Part shown: positions 63,301 through 64,000 of the stretch, in pieces | Numbering within the stretch: the first letter of the stretch is position 1 | How the letters are laid out: the number at the start of each line of letters is the position of its first letter | NCBI GenBank assembly: GCA_947460875.1 | Contig: CANHGR010000001.1 | Coordinates: forward strand, 168,681-232,680 | DNA from: Sphingobacteriaceae bacterium | Lineage (GTDB): Bacteria > Bacteroidota > Bacteroidia > Sphingobacteriales > Sphingobacteriaceae | DNA length: 64,000 bases | Direction: 5' to 3' | Made by a program: the position numbers and the translations under genes | The notes under the pieces: model-generated | Databases searched by the model: none | What the model saw: the letters and a program-made list of their open reading frames with translations, nothing else | Told to the model about the DNA's origin: nothing

Positions 63301-64000
63301 GAGGGCGGTCAACTACCCGGTCACAAGGTAGACGACTGGATTGCCAGGGTAAGACATTCAACACCGGGTGTGGGACTAATTTCTCCTCCTCCGCACCACG
63401 ATATTTATTCAATCGAAGATTTAGCCCAGTTAATTTTCGACTTGAAAAATGCAAACCGAGCAGCACGTATCAATGTAAAGCTTGTTTCAAAAGCGGGTGT
63501 GGGCACTATTGCCGCAGGGGTTGCAAAAGCACATGCTGATGTAATCCTAATCGCAGGATATGATGGCGGCACAGGGGCATCTCCAATAAGTTCGATTAAA
63601 CACGCGGGTTTGCCATGGGAGCTTGGCTTAGCCGAAGCACATCAAACTCTTGTTCGTAATGGATTGAGAAGTCGTGTTATTTTACAAACAGACGGTCAAT
63701 TGAAAACTGGCAGAGATATTGCTATCGCCGCTCTGCTTGGTGCCGAAGAATGGGGAGTTGCAACAGCGGCTCTTGTAGCAGGAGGCTGTATTATGATGCG
63801 CAAGTGCCACCTTAATACGTGTCCGGTAGGAGTTGCAACGCAAGATCCTGAACTGAGAAAGCTGTTTAGCGGTAAGCCAGAGCATATTGTCAATCTGTTC
63901 CGGTTTATTGCCGAAGAATTACGTGAGATTATGGCTAGCCTTGGTTTCCGTACGGTAAACGAAATGGTTGGACGAGCAGAGTTTTTGAAAACAAAAGAAG
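60394..64000 (+). CDS. gltB: glutamate synthase large subunit; partial, continues past the window end
   Basis: Own translation: ...[28 protein letters not shown] (Ntn amidotransferase Cys), [57 protein letters not shown]. The frame opens after TAA 60301-60303 and contains no ATG before the catalytic Cys. Start candidates are TTG 60322, TTG 60325, GTG 60364, TTG 60394 and TTG 60430. Absent from the ORF track because there is no stop in the window. Confidence 0.9.
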   Translation, partial: MIKQETDTEQQGLYRPEFEHDSCGVGFITNINGHKASDIIGDALTILENMEHRGACGCDSDSGDGAGILFQLPHEFFLDECVALNIRLPEPGHYGVGMVAFPKEETVKEACRNAIEESAAKLGLKILGFRKVPVNRAPIGLTALEAEPDMEQVFVARSSNVTNTDDFERKLYVLRRLIFKTVRADVKNSDLFYFSSLSCRIIVYKGQLTTFQVRTYFPDLSSKKLTSAFGMVHSRFSTNTFPSWKLAQPFRIMAHNGEINTLTGNLNWFYSGLKSYASAYFTEEEMEIILPVVDSNQSDSACLDNVVEILLHAGRSLPHVMMMLVPEAWDGNEQMDPLKKVFYEFHATLMQPWDGPAALNFTDGRIIGAMLDRNGLRPLRYLITDKQVIVASEAGALSIDESTIITKGRLQPGKMFLVDIVEGKVITDDEIKIKIASQQPYGQWLENYKIRLEELPEPRVAFTDLSKDSIFKYQQVFSYTREDIENIIQPMALDGKEPVGSMGTDVPLAVLSDRPQHLSSYFKQFFAQVTNPPIDPIRERLVMSLATFIGGKGNLLDEDKMHCHCVTLQHPILNDYELEKLRSIDTGMFQAKSLQTYFRADGQAGSLKKGIDRLCRYAEDAVNDGFEVLILTDRAIDSEHAPIPSLLAVSAVHHYLIKKGLRGSVGLVVEAGDIWEIHHFACLLAFGATAINPYLALSTIKDLKASNRLDTSLEFKYLSKNYIKAVCDGLLKIFSKMGISTLQSYHGSQIFEILGLNQDVVDNYFTGAVTRIGGLSLEEIAKEILYKHKHGFGSNPDKELLPEGGIYQWKRRGEAHLFNPQTVHLLQHATRSGNYDVYKSYAKLINDQDEKMYTLRGLFDFAHHSDPVPIDEVEPIEAIMKRFATGAMSFGSISHEAHSTLAIAMNRIGGRSNTGEGGEDEIRYEVLPNGDSMRSSIKQVASGRFGVTSNYLTNADELQIKMAQGAKPGEGGQLPGHKVDDWIARVRHSTPGVGLISPPPHHDIYSIEDLAQLIFDLKNANRAARINVKLVSKAGVGTIAAGVAKAHADVILIAGYDGGTGASPISSIKHAGLPWELGLAEAHQTLVRNGLRSRVILQTDGQLKTGRDIAIAALLGAEEWGVATAALVAGGCIMMRKCHLNTCPVGVATQDPELRKLFSGKPEHIVNLFRFIAEELREIMASLGFRTVNEMVGRAEFLKTKE

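Overview
This 64 kb window looks like ordinary core chromosome from a member of the Bacteroidota. Supporting evidence: a gldC gliding-motility gene, a CarboxypepD_reg-type TonB-dependent receptor, grpE-dnaJ without dnaK, many TAnnTTTG -7 promoter boxes, frequent TTG/GTG and SD-less starts, and about 40 percent GC by eye (not computed). Coding density is high on both strands. Recognisable content includes: alpha-glucan and sugar genes (GH31, glgB, GH35, fructosamine kinase, GlcNAc-kinase-like); a pfkA-gap glycolytic pair; riboflavin synthase; biotin carboxylase; dihydroorotase; a DEAD-box helicase; a cytochrome c maturation (System I) cluster ccmBCD / ccmEF split by a glutamate dehydrogenase gene; fdx-iscX and a distant orphan hscA; kdsC-maf; ppx; grpE-dnaJ; ftsE; an OPT transporter; gmhB; fsa; and the 5' two-thirds of gltB. 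RNA genes I can support are one tRNA-Lys(TTT) and a small SRP RNA (ffs) that a spurious ORF in the track overlaps. I see no transposase, integrase, phage gene, CRISPR array, restriction-modification system, toxin-antitoxin pair or other recognisable defence system. I cannot point to a convincing new multi-gene system. The best candidates for follow-up are: (1) a tandem pair of diverged 879-aa beta-propeller/HEAT/cytochrome c proteins of an uncharacterised family, each with its own conserved promoter-like box; they sit among other dispersed periplasmic redox proteins (GSDH-PKD-cytochrome c fusion, ThuA, Tat-Gfo/Idh/MocA, Rieske lipoprotein); (2) a variant System I ccm set with a CxxxY (Cys instead of His) CcmE, a degenerate CcmC Trp motif and no ccmA/G/H nearby, with ccmF tightly coupled to a DUF2520-fdx-iscX block; (3) LuxE-like and LuxC-like genes in non-lux contexts; (4) an ogt gene broken by what looks like a 5-bp slippage deletion; (5) a roughly 100-bp hairpin element flanked by an 8-bp direct repeat. 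All family assignments come from motif recognition by eye. No searches or computations were run.
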